The translations under genes and the position numbers were made by a program. A DNA stretch of 53,410 bases from NCBI RefSeq assembly GCF_001194135.2, contig NC_069004.1, positions 31,012,461-31,065,870 on the forward strand. Direction: 5' to 3'. This stretch comes from Octopus bimaculoides. Lineage: Eukaryota. Of the stretch, positions 13,439 through 25,359 are shown piece after piece; position 1 is the stretch's first letter; each line of letters starts with the position of its first letter. The notes under the pieces are model-generated. The model saw only the letters and a list, made by a program, of their open reading frames with translations, had not been told where the DNA came from and ran no database searches.

Positions 13439-15182
13439 CACACACATTAATTTGTTCCTTCCTTGACGTTTGTTAAGTAAACCAGATTTCCTGGCAGAGT
13501 TTTTATCTACTTCCTGTTTGGCAACACTAACACCGCCTGGTGATGGAGAGAAGAAACACACACTCTGGCTTCTTCTCGGTTAAACTGCTTTCTTCTCCTT
13601 AAAAGTTCTCTCTGTCCTCTTCCTCCTTGTAACCATCTCACATTGCTGCAAGGTTTCTCATCTTTTCTTATTATTATTTTTAGTTTCTTGGTTAACAAGG
13701 ATTTTGCCACCACCACCACTACCACCATCCACCCCGTTGTAGACTGAAAACATCATTGGCATTTTCATTTTACGCTAATCTTCCCCATGGATCGATGGGT
13801 TCTACACAATACCTTGCCACTTGTTATGGCACTTTGTCAACAGCATTTTTTTTTCTTTTTTACGGCAGGATACCTCTCTTATCACCAACCTCTTAACTTT
13901 ATGAAATAGATAGATGTTATTTTGGCCTACCTCAATTAGAAAGTCTGTAAGGCAGAAATACTATTGAATTTGTGTTAATTATAAATAGACTCGTTAAAGT
14001 ACCATTTAGTCTGTATTGTAAATATTAATTAATGGTAAATGGCATTGAGATAGGCGTAGGAGTGTGTGGTAAGTAGCTTGCTTACCAACCACATGATTCC
14101 GGGTTCAGTCCCACTGCGTGGCACCTTGGGCAAGTGTCTTCTACCATAGCCTCGGGCTGACCAAAGCCTTGTGAGTGGATTTGGTAGACGGAAACTGAAA
14201 GAAGCCCATCGTATATATGTATATATATGTTTGTGTGTCTATGTTTGTCCTCCAACATCGCTTGACAACTGATGCTGGTGTGTTTACGTCCCTGTAACTT
14301 AGCGGTAAACAGGTTGACATTAGGAAGGGCATCCAGCTGTAGAAACCATGCAAAAGTGGACATTGAAGCTCAGTGAAATCCTCTGGCTTGTTGTATTCCG
14401 TGATAGTCGTAAGCAAGTATCAGCATTATACAAACAAGTGTCCTAAGTTGTTTCCAGTCTTTTGTATAAACCTGTCTAGACGTGGGAGAATATTGCTTTG
14501 CTTGGAAACAGGTATGGATTGGCTGACAGCAGGAAGGGTATCCAGGCTTAGAAAATCTGCCTCAATAAATTTTGTGTGACCCATGGAACCATGGAGAAGC
14601 AGATATCAAAACATTAATGATGATGGACTTAACTGATTTGCATTCACCTCCATTGAAAGAAGGACGTGGAGTTGAACTTGGCAAGATTTATTACTCAATC
14701 TTTTAGACACCAACCGATCCAAGACCACTCCCGGTTTTTGATAAAAACTTCCTGTTTTAAAGTGATTTAGTTTTAAAACCTTCCGTCAAAATTCCACGTT
14801 AATTTATGTTCCAGACACCAGCTTAGTAGTGATGAAGTTTGTTTACTAAATCCTTCATTCTTTTCCGATATTAACTGAAACAAAAGGCAGTGGATTTTAA
14901 CAAATGCATAGTCTTTCATCATCATCATTGTCACTGAATCTCCACTTTCCATGCTGACATGGGCTGGACGGTTTGACTGGGGACTGGCAAGCCAAGAGAG
15001 GCTGCACCAGGCTCCAATCTGATTTGGCATGGTTTCTACAGCTGGATGCCCTTCCTAACACCAACCACTCTGAGAGTGTAGTGGGTGCTTTTTACGTGCC
15101 ACCGGCACAGGTGCTAGTCAACAGTCATGCTTGAACGGTGCTTTTTACATGCCTGCGCTAGTCAGGCGGCACTGGCATCAGC

Positions 15183-15655
15183 CATATTCTTGTTTCAATT
15201 AATTTTGAAAGTAATGAAGAATTTAGAAATAAGTACCATTATTAAGCTGGTGTTTGGAACATAAACTAACAGGAAATTTTGATGGAAAATTTTAAATTAG
15301 AGCACTTTAACCTTTTTGTTTGTGAATTTCTGCTGAAACACTCTGTCTTTGTTTCAATAAATTTTGGAAATAAAGAATTTAGTAAAATGACTTTGATTTT
15401 AAGCTTGCGTTTGGAACTTAAATTAACATGAAATTGTGGAAGAAAGTTCTAATTTAGATCACTTTAACCCTTGTGTTACCGAATTTCTCTTGAAATACCC
15501 TGCCTTTGTTTCAATTAATTTTGAAAATAATGAACTTTGTCAATATTAATCTGGTGTTTGGAACTTTTAATGGGAGGTTATAATTTAGATCACTTTTAAA
15601 ACAGGAAGTTTGTATGATGGAATAAAGGGCAAGCTGAAACAGGTTAGTATCAAAA
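15183..15655. mobile_element. Tandem array of AT-rich TTAA-bounded MITE units (family G); also about 8150-8500 and 29570-29950
   Basis: About 150-bp units (GTTTCAATTAATTTTGAAAA..AAGCTGGTGTTTGGAACATAAA..AATTTAGATCACTTTAA) repeated 2-3 times and joined at TTAA. Confidence 0.7.
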
Positions 15656-15738
15656 GAATTAGAAAAGAAGCTATGCTTTCTTCGTCAAAAGGGTGAAAGG
15701 GAGTAAGAGGATAGAAAAGACCAGCTCCTCTGAGTCAT

Positions 15739-16097
15739 GTTGTTGTTGTTGGCACTCCGTCGCTTACGACGTCGAGGGTTCCAGTTGATCCGATCAACGG
15801 AACAGCCTACTCGCGAAATTAACATGCAAGTGGCTGAGCACTCCACAGACACGTGTACCCTTACCGTAGTTCTCGGGGATATTCAGTTTGACATAGTGTG
15901 ACAAGGCTGGCCCTTTGAATTACAGGCACAACAGAAACAGGAAGAAAGAGTGAGAGAAAGTTGTGGTGAATGAGTACAGCAGGGTTCGCCACCACCCTCT
16001 GCCGGGGCCTCGTGGAGCTTTAGGTGTTTTCGCTCAATAAACACTCACAACGCCCGGTCTGGGAATCGAAACAGCGAGTCCGCTGCCCACTGTGACT
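15739..16097 (-). mobile_element. tRNA-derived SINE family I; other copies at 4503-4830 (-), 38977-39200 (+), 39600-39918 (+)
   Basis: Shared GGCACTCCGTCG..GTTCCAGTTGATCCGATCAACGG..GTGCAAGTGGCTGAGCACTCCAC body; B-box-like GTTTCGATTCCC on the minus strand. Confidence 0.8.
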
Positions 16098-16227
16098 ACA
16101 TGTTGTCAGCAGCTCAATTTGATATTTAAGTATGTGGTTTGTGTAATTATATTTATGACAGGACAAGAATAGGTATCTTACTGAAGAGGAGCTGCATGGT
16201 TATCTCAGTTGGAACAGACAGAAAGAC

Positions 16228-16545
16228 AGATCCCCTTCGGTTATGAATGACCATGGATTTGCATCTAGAAAGTTCCCCTCTGAGGTAGAGCTTGTTTATG
16301 GAAGACCAGCAGTCGCCCATGCACACCAGCTTCCCCTCTCCATGCCATTGATGTTATCCAAGGGGAAGGCAAAGGGGCCGATACAGCTTGGCACCAGTGG
16401 CGTCGCAACTCACTTTTACAGATGAGTGAATTGGAGCAACGTGAAATAAAGTGTCTTGCTCAAGAACACAACAGACAGCCCAGTCTGGGAATCAAACTTA
16501 CTACTTCGTTATTGTGAGCCCAGTGCTCTAACCACTGACCCATGT
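16228..16545 (-). mobile_element. tRNA-derived SINE family D; another copy at about 12124-12420 (-)
   Basis: The two copies are similar throughout; CTTGAGCAAGACACTTTA core and tRNA-like head on the minus strand. Confidence 0.8.
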
Positions 16546-18392
16546 GTCTTCACATACACACACACACACATATATATATATGTATGTATATGTATATATT
16601 ATACTCACACACACATACACAACAGGCTTCTTTTAGTTAACATCAAATCCAATCTGAACCTGAACCCTTGTGGTTGGGAAGCAAACTCCTTAATCCCACA
16701 GCAATGCTGCCTGCATCAGCATTAATTCATAATCAATAGAACCCCTTTTGTTGTCAGCAGAGACAAAAGGATCCAGAACGTTTATCCTCCACCCACTCCC
16801 TCCAACCATCATTACACCAGTTTCTGTACTTCGTTTGTAACGTCCATCCCTCATTGCCAAGGCTTCCTGTTTAGGTCACCGTGGCAACAAAACTCATCAA
16901 CGACCTCCAGCAAGATTTCTGGGCAATTAAAGGAATTTCTTCGAAGATATTTTTAAACGAGTTATTAATAGAACAAATGGAATTCTATTAACTCAGACTG
17001 GGAAGGTTTTGCCACCCCCACCCACGCCCCGCCCTGCTTTTTGCTCTGAGAATAAAAGAAAATNNNNNNNNNNNNNNNNNNNNNNNNNNNNNNNNNNNNN
17101 NNNNNNNNNNNNNNNNNNNNNNNNNNNNNNNNNNNNNNNNNNNNNNNNNNNNNNNNNNNNNNNNNNNNNNNNNNNNNNNNNNNNNNNNNNNNNNNNNNNN
17201 NNNNNNNNNNNNNNNNNNNNNNNNNNNNNNNNNNNNNNNNNNNNNNNNNNNNNNNNNNNNNNNNNNNNNNNNNNNNNNNNNNNNNNNNNNNNNNNNNNNN
17301 NNNNNNNNNNNNNNNNNNNNNNNNNNNNNNNNNNNNNNNNNNNNNNNNNNNNNNNNNNNNNNNNNNNNNNNNNNNNNNNNNNNNNNNNNNNNNNNCTCCA
17401 CACCACAAAATCGAACGATGACCTCAACTATGGCATTCGTGCTATTCAACACGCTTGCTCTTTGAGTGGGGAACTTGTCACACTTTGGTGGACCCTCAGA
17501 TGTGATCAGCATTCATATGCGGAACGTGGTGACTTTGTTGGCTGGAGCTGGCTCAACCCACCTTCAATGAAGGTCACCGCAAGGAAACGAACGCTGGGAT
17601 GCCATATTGAAAGGTTTAGTCAAATAAGTCAACACCAGCTCTTCTTTTTTTTTTTTTTAAATGTTAAATCTGGTACTTATTCTATCAGTATCTTTGGCCA
17701 AACTGCTAAGTTACAAGGACATAAACAAACCAACACCGGTTGCCATATGATGATGAGGGAACAACACAAAAACACACATAACGGGCTTCTACACAGTTTC
17801 TGTCTGTCAAATCTGCTTGCAAGGCTTTGGTCAGCCCAAGCTACCACGCAGTGAGACTGAACCTAGAACCACCTGGTTGGGAAGCAAGCTTCTAAGCCAC
17901 ACAGCCATGCCTGCACCTAACACAAAAAGAATATTCTAACAAACATTACACATAGGCACAGGTGTAGCTGGGTGGTTGAGAAGCCCATTTGGCAACCACA
18001 TGGTTTCAGGTTCAGTCCCACTATATGACACCTTGAGCAAATGTCTTTTACTACAGCCCCAGGCTAAGTAAAGCCTTGTGTGTATGTGTTTGTGTGTCTA
18101 TGCTTGTCCATCCAGCATCGCTTGACAACCAATGCTGGTGTGTTTACGTCCCTGTAACTTAGTGGTTCAGCAAAAGAAACCGTTAGAATAAGCACTAGGC
18201 TTACAAAGAATAAGTCCTGGGGTCGATTTGTTTGACTAAGGGTGATGCTCCAGCATGGCCGCAGTCAAATGACTGAAACAAATAAAATATATATATATAG
18301 ATATCAGACTAGAGTTTGGCGCAGCCCCTCAACCCTGGTCAAACCATTCAACCCATGCCAGAATGGACAATGGACATTAAATGATGATATAG

Positions 18393-18432
<40 letters not shown>

Positions 18433-20347
18433 CTGTCTGTCTTTGTATCTGTGATTATCCCCCACCACCACTTGACAACTGTTGTTGGTGTGTTTACATC
18501 CCTGTAACTTAGCACTTCAGCAAAAGAGATTGCTAGAATAAGTATCAGGCTTACAAAAAGAAAACAATAAATACTGGGGTCAATTCATTCAACTAAACAT
18601 TCTTCAAGGTGGTGCCCCAGCATGGCCACTATCCAATAACTGAAACAGGTAAAAGATACATATATATTAGTGTGTGTGTGTGTGTGTGTGTATGTTATAT
18701 CCTTTGTCTTACAAGTGACATGGTAACCCTGACAGTGCTGGTGTCACATAAAAAGCATCCAGTCTGCACTGCGAAGTGGTTGGCGTTAGGAAGGGCATCC
18801 AGCTGTAAAAACCTTGCCAAAACTGACCTCGCCAGTGTTGGTGCCATGTAAAAAGCACTCAGTCCACTCTGTGGGGTGGTTGGTGTTAGGAAGAGCATCC
18901 AGCCGTTAAAACTGTGCCAAAACAGACACAGAAGTGTGGTGCAGGACTCCTACCTGGTCAGCTCCTGTCAAACTGTCCAACCCATGCCAGCAAGGAAAGT
19001 GGATGTTAAACGACAAAGATGACGACGATGATGATGATGATACACGTTTTTTTGTTTTATTAATAATCAGCAGCAGTTACAGCATGACTCAAGGGCCAAT
19101 AGTTTCCAGCTGCAAATATATGGAACTTTTGACCCTTTAATGTGTGCATGTATATGTGTATGTTTCCCTCTCTAATACAAAACTCCTTTATTTGTTTGTC
19201 CCTCAATACTATCCCCATCTTTCTCAGTTGCAGGGTTCTGTCTTGCAAGTTACTTGGCAACCCCACTGCTGCTGGTGCCACGAAAAAAAAAAAAAAAAAA
19301 AAAAAAAGCACCCAGTACACTTAGTAAAGTGGTTGGCGTTAGGAAGGGCACCCAGCCATAGAAACCATGCCAAAGCAGAGAGTAGGGATTGCTGTAATCT
19401 TCTGACTTACCAGTTCCTTGGAACCGTCCAACCCATGCCAGCATGGAAAACGGATGTAAAATGTTGATATATATATATATGAGTCAGAAACAGAGGCTTT
19501 TATGTGCTCGCTGACTGCTAGAAATAGCAGTCAAATCTCCTACGATTGACACAGTACTATGTTGTTTTTATAAATATAGGAAGAACTCATTAGTATTGTG
19601 ATAAACCGTGCCTGTAATGAATAAAAACGGCAGAGTTTTGAAATATATGAAAGAAAAGGGTGTAGAAGTGAGAATGGGGGGGGGGGNNNNNNNNNNGTTT
19701 TTAAAATCTGACATTTTTGGAATTGTTCTTTCTGGTGAGTGAAAGAAACACAGGAATATTAAAACCAAAAAAAAAAAAAAAAAAAAAAACCCCTACTCTT
19801 CTCCTTTCCCATAAAGTATAGGACTTCGAGTGAAAAGCTATTTTGAAATTCGGTCTTGAAAAAAAAAAATGTTAGATGGTCATGGTTGGAAAATCTTTGA
19901 TCATTGTACTGCTCAGAGTGGCTGTCTTAGGGCTGAACAACAATAAATAGCGTAAAGTTTTAAGTTTGTATAAAATTATGTGACAACCTTATAGTGTTTC
20001 ATGCACGGGTATTAATTATTAATTAATGGATGTATGTGTTGTGTATAAAACATACGGATAACAATTGAATTTATACAAGTGAAATGCGTGCTTTGGCACG
20101 AACGTCGATTACAATCATGAACAGAAAAGCATTCGTAATTTCTACTATACATGTATAGAATGTTGTATATTACATAGATTAAGGACCCAAACACTCACAT
20201 GGGATGATGGAGAAGGGAGAGGTTCTTCCCTGAAGGCCTTCTGCTATTCAGTTTTTCCTAGAGATTCTTAGGCAGGCGACAGTCCAACTTCGTAGCTCAC
20301 CAAACTAAAACTGATTCACTTTTCAAATGCCACCTACTTAATTCTGC

Positions 20348-20497
20348 CAGAGGCGTAGCGTGGGCGGGACCACAGGGGTAGTTGTCTTCGATGCAAAATT
20401 AGTAGTAAGACCACATATATGATACTGAACAAAACAGAGCATCCCAACCCACGATACCAGCCTCGCCCAGGGGCTGGTTACCTGGGCTACGTCACTG
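20348..20497. mobile_element. Small hAT-like MITE, 150 bp
   Basis: TIR CAGAGGCGTAGC / GCTACGTCACTG (10/12); TSD weak (5/8). Confidence 0.5.
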
Positions 20498-21603
20498 AAT
20501 TTTTTTTACTTTCATTATTAATTCTTCTTTCACTTCACGCCTACCTCAGATAACTACAGGGTCATCGTGTGGTCATTCGACAAGCTAGAAATAGCAGTCA
20601 AATCTCTCCCTCCATGCAAATTGTATAGAGCTAGATGCTTTTTTTTTTTTTTTTGTAACCTTAAGAGTGTACATGAGATGAAACATGATTAAAAGTAAGT
20701 TTTAAAATGTCTATAAGACAGATTTAGAAAGTTTTTAAAAATATTATTAATATTTTTTATCTTGAAATATTTAACGATTTTTTTTTTTTTTTTACTGATA
20801 TCTTTGTTAAAGTTAACATGGAGTGGTCACCCGAGAGGCTAGAAATAACAGCGAACTTTCCCTCGAAAATATAAAAGAAAAAGCAAAAACGAAGGTTAAC
20901 ATCCAACTCCCTAATGTCGTCGCCAAAGTTGAAAAGAGNNNNNNNNNNNNNNNNNNNNNNNNNNNNNNNNNNNNNNNNNNNNNNNNNNNNNNNNNNNNNN
21001 NNNNNNNNNNNNNNNNNNNNNNNNNNNNNNNNNNNNNNNNNNNNNNNNNNNNNNNNNNNNNNNNNNNNNNNNNNNNNNNNNNNNNNNNNNNNNNNNNNNN
21101 NNNNNNNNNNNNNNNNNNNNNNNNNNNNNNNNNNNNNNNNNNNNNNNNNNNNNNNNNNNNNNNNNNNNNNNNNNNNNNNNNNNNNNNNNNNNNNNNNNNN
21201 NNNNNNNNNNNNNNNNNNNNNNNNNNNNNNNNNNNNNNNNNNNNNNNNNNNNNNNNNNNNNNNNNNNNNNNNNNNNNNNNNNNNNNNNNNNNNNNNNNNN
21301 NNNNNNNNNNNNNNNNNNNNNNNNNNNNNNNNNNTATATATATATATATATTGTGTGCATGTAATATTATCCGAAATATATAGTATTATTACGGCTGATC
21401 TTACCAATCGGTTCCGCGCAAGGAATACAATGGGGTGTTAGCTAACAATCCGGATTATATAACCTTATGCTCATCAAAACTTCTTTATCTTATTGTGTGT
21501 ATGTATATGTGTATACTGCATGTATGCATATGTGTGCGTATACTGCATGCATGTATATGTATGTATATTGCGTGAATGTATATGTGTATATATAATATCA
21601 TAT

Positions 21604-21825
21604 CTTTACTGCCCACAAGGGGCTACACACAGAGGGGACAAACAAGGACAGACAAACGGATTAAGTCGATTATATCGACCCCCAGTGCGTAACTGGTACT
21701 TATTTAATCGACCCCGAAAGGATGAAAGGCAAAGTCGACCTCGGCGGAATTTGAACTCAGAACGTAGCTGCAGACGAAATACCGCTAAGCATTTCGCCCA
21801 GCGTGCTAACGTTTCTGCCAGCTCG
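21604..21825 (-). mobile_element. SINE family B, near-intact copy
   Basis: Reverse complement of the family B body with Pol III A-box- and B-box-like head. Confidence 0.85.
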
Positions 21826-23619
21826 ATATACATAGACATTGATAGACAGACAGATATCATAAGTTTGTATAAAGAACTTTTATAACTTACTTTTCCTATT
21901 TTCCTTTCGTACATCCTATAATAAATAAGATTCTGAACTTCGAACAGCTACAGAGTTAAGAACATACTTAGACACCTATTCTCATTAAAGTAGGAAAACT
22001 GTAAATTTTTATTAATTATATAACGTATTCTGAATTAGGGGAGTAAGTCATTTTAAATCCCAGATTTCAGGGATGAGCAGAATATCCTTAAACTACAATA
22101 CCCGCCTATTTATGAACTGGGGTACATCACACACCCAATGGACCTCTAGTAAAGGACACAGAACCCAAGGTTTAGACTGAGCTATAAATACGGTCGTGTT
22201 TGTTAGTTGTCAGATGTCCACGACGGGGCTGGGACTCCTTGATGGTTTCAACAGTTTAAGATTAGATTTTTCCCCCCTCAAAATTTAAGTCTCTGATCCA
22301 TAACCGGGACATTTCAAGATATTCTGGGATATTTCGGTTACATTTTTAATAACAGGACGGAACACAGGAAGAGACTCTTTAAATAAATCGGGACAGTCCC
22401 GGCCAAACAGGAACGTGTGTTAGCACATAGAGTTGCTTAAAAGTTTCCATGAGTCAGAAATAATTCCATATATCTTTCGTCTAGATTCCCTCATTAGACT
22501 GCGATCATGCTGGGTGGGGCATGCCTTGAAAGTTTAGTAGAACAAATCGACCCCAATACTTCTCTACATCCGAGCCGGGTACTCATTCTACGGGGGTTTC
22601 TTTGCTGAACCGCTAGTTACGGGGATGTAAATTAACTAAAACCTGTTGTCAAGGTGTGGTGGGGAAGATAGATAGAGCTTCTTTCCGCCCAATAAATCCA
22701 TTCACAGTTACCCAGTAAGAATCAGAAATATAAAATAATTCTTTCCAAATTTGGCACAAGGCCAGAATTTTAAGGGAATTCGGTTACATGAACCCTAGTG
22801 TTAAACTGGGCCCTTTTTTTTTTTTTTTTTTACTCGATCATCGACACTGAAAGGATGAAAGGCTAAGTCGACCTCGGGGGCGGAACTTGCTCTCAGAACG
22901 GAAAGAGGTGAAAGAAATGTCGTTAAGCATTTTGTTCGACGTGCTTTATGATAATATATATAACCATAAACCTTAGATAATGAAATTAGCTCGAAGGAAA
23001 CTGGTAGATGGTCAGATGGGATTGTACATGTCGTTCCAAGGTCCAAAAGTGTCAAGCTGACTCGGCCTAAACAATTAAGTCAAAAGGTACATGTGACTGA
23101 TTCGGCCCTATAAATCTGCCCTAGATCAAACCTCGTCAAACACACCTATGGTTAAACACACTTACACTCTAACCATGACCATCTCCCTTTTTTTTTTTTT
23201 TTTTGGTATTTAGAACTATATTACCTGATGCGTCTTTCCTTCTTTTTAATATGACGGAGATTTATATCGGAGGAGCTAGACTGGCTATTATCTCTAGCAA
23301 GTCGACCGACCTCGATGGTAGTGTTGGTCAGTGAGTGACATGGTGGTTGTTGTTGTCATCTTACAGCCACTCATCCACCGACCCAGTGCTGATCGAGCAG
23401 GCCAATGATCAGAGACGTCCCAGTTGTGACCACTCCTTCGGTGTCTTACGTGCAAATCACTCAGGACGAGATTATTCAACGCGTCCTGCTCAAGATTTGT
23501 AGAGCAGAGATCGGCAAACTTCTTGTATCGTTGAACCGCTTTGTGGAATCGTTGATAGATTATCGATCCCATAGCATGCAAATTTCTAAAATAATATTAA
23601 AAAGTATTTATCATGTCTT

Positions 23620-24005
23620 TTATTTGTTTCAATCAGTAGACTGCGGCCATGCTGAGGGAATCGCCTTGAAGAATTTTTAATCGAATGAATAGATTCTAGC
23701 ACTTTTTTTCTTTTAAAGCCTGATATTGATTCTATCGGTCTCTTTTGCCGGACCGCTAAGTTACAGGGACGTAAACAAAACACCACTGGTTGTCAAGTAG
23801 TAGGGGGAACACAGACACAAAACACCCACACCCACACATACGCGACGGGCTTCTTTCAGTTTCGTCTATCAAATCCACTCATAAGGCCTCGATCGGCCCA
23901 TGGCTATATAGTAGAAGACACTTGTCGAAGGTGCCACGCAATGGGACTGAATCCGGAACTATGTGGTTGGGAAGCAACCCTCTTCCCACACGGCCACGCC
24001 TGCGC
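23620..24005 (-). mobile_element. SINE family A copy
   Basis: Reverse complement of the 7589 element. Confidence 0.8.
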
Positions 24006-25316
24006 CTAGAAATTTAATGGACAGCTTCATGGAATCGTTAATAAATTATCGACCCCCATCTTTGTAAATTTCTAAAACAAAATTTTAACAAGTATACTTA
24101 AAAAAAAGTTTCTTGATTTACAAACAATAATTCTTTCGTTCTTTCAGTGACATTACCACTTTTTAAAAAGAAATCTTTAAAAAATGTTATTCGCGTTAAA
24201 AAAAAAAAACGGGTCGCTAACAATTCAACAGCCTTAATTTCAGGTGTTTNNNNNNNNNNNNNNNNNNNNNNNNNNNNNNCCCCATCTGCCTCCAAGGGTC
24301 AATATTAACCACTTAGCCAACCCCTGTTATTTGAGATTCCTTCGTACGCTCGGGCTGTGTCAATCACAAGACTCGCCCCTTCTCAATAAGAATATGAAGG
24401 ATCAAAATCAACTAAATTCTTTAAAAGGAAACTTCAAAGAAACAAAAGGCAAAAGGAACAGCTGCAAAGGCCCAGAAGTCGAAGCGCTGGTTTTGTAAAC
24501 AGTAGGACAGCCTGACTGAGCAGACCTATTATCAAAAGCGTTCTCACCGTGGCCATCATGCCTTGCTCAGATTACACAGTACATGTTTTAAAAGACAACA
24601 GCATGTGATTTCAATAAAATTTCGTTACTGTTTCTTATGGTCCTATACATTCTCTTAGTCGAAGGCTCACTGAATCCTTAGTAGTTTTATTGTTTAGCCT
24701 TAGGTTACTGGTTGAGCAGACATACAACTCAAGACATACCAACTGTGACCATCCCATCTTTGAGAGTTCCGTAGGACTAACTAGATTAGCTAATGTAGCC
24801 ATTTCTATATTTAAGATATGGTATGCTTTGGGTCGGATTTGGCTACTCTGTCTAGCAGGCCGAGCGACCACCTAGCGCTGTTCCCGTTGGCTCCTTCAAG
24901 CCTGTGTGATCAATGAAAATGGGTTACAGCTTGGTGCTTGTAACATAATTGTAGCATTAGAAAGAGAGGGAGAGAGAGAGAGAGAGAGAGAGATGGACAG
25001 ACAGGCTGATAGATATATGGATATGTATGTAGATAGATAGATAGATAGATAGAAAGCTATAGATAGATAGTGTTAACGAGAAATTTCAAGTGGCACAATT
25101 CACAATTTGACGCGTGGTGAATTAGAGTCAGGGCGAGAGGCAGAAATAGCTGTTACTGTTAGTTTGTGTTTTCATATTCACACAATTATTTGGACGGCTA
25201 CACCAACAGCGTATAGGAGGACATGTCGAATAGTCACTGTGTGTATGTGTGTGTGTGTGTATTAGGCATTAAATATATTGAAATCTAAGCAAATGAGTTC
25301 ATATGCACACACCATC

Positions 25317-25359
<43 letters not shown>

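Noticed and set aside
13373-13800. Gly/Asn-rich protein-like minus-strand reading
   Set aside because: It needs several frame changes, has no convincing splice sites, and matches no family I recognise.
20583-20596. 14-nt identity to the SpCas9 sgRNA scaffold (AGCTAGAAATAGCA)
   Set aside because: It is part of endogenous repeat H, and the scaffold GAAA loop is engineered; coincidence, with no cas genes or spacers nearby.
23294-23680. Exon-like minus frame (NLHAMGSIIYQRFHKAVQRYKKFADL..) with apparent splice sites, plus an in-register antisense ORF
   Set aside because: The nucleotide sequence aligns by eye with repeat family H (AGGAC..TTG.ATAAT...GTCCT, GGTCA...CTGG, GATCA..GG.CTGCTC.ATCAG, (AAC)n tail), so it is more likely a diverged repeat. 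A BLASTX hit would overturn this.
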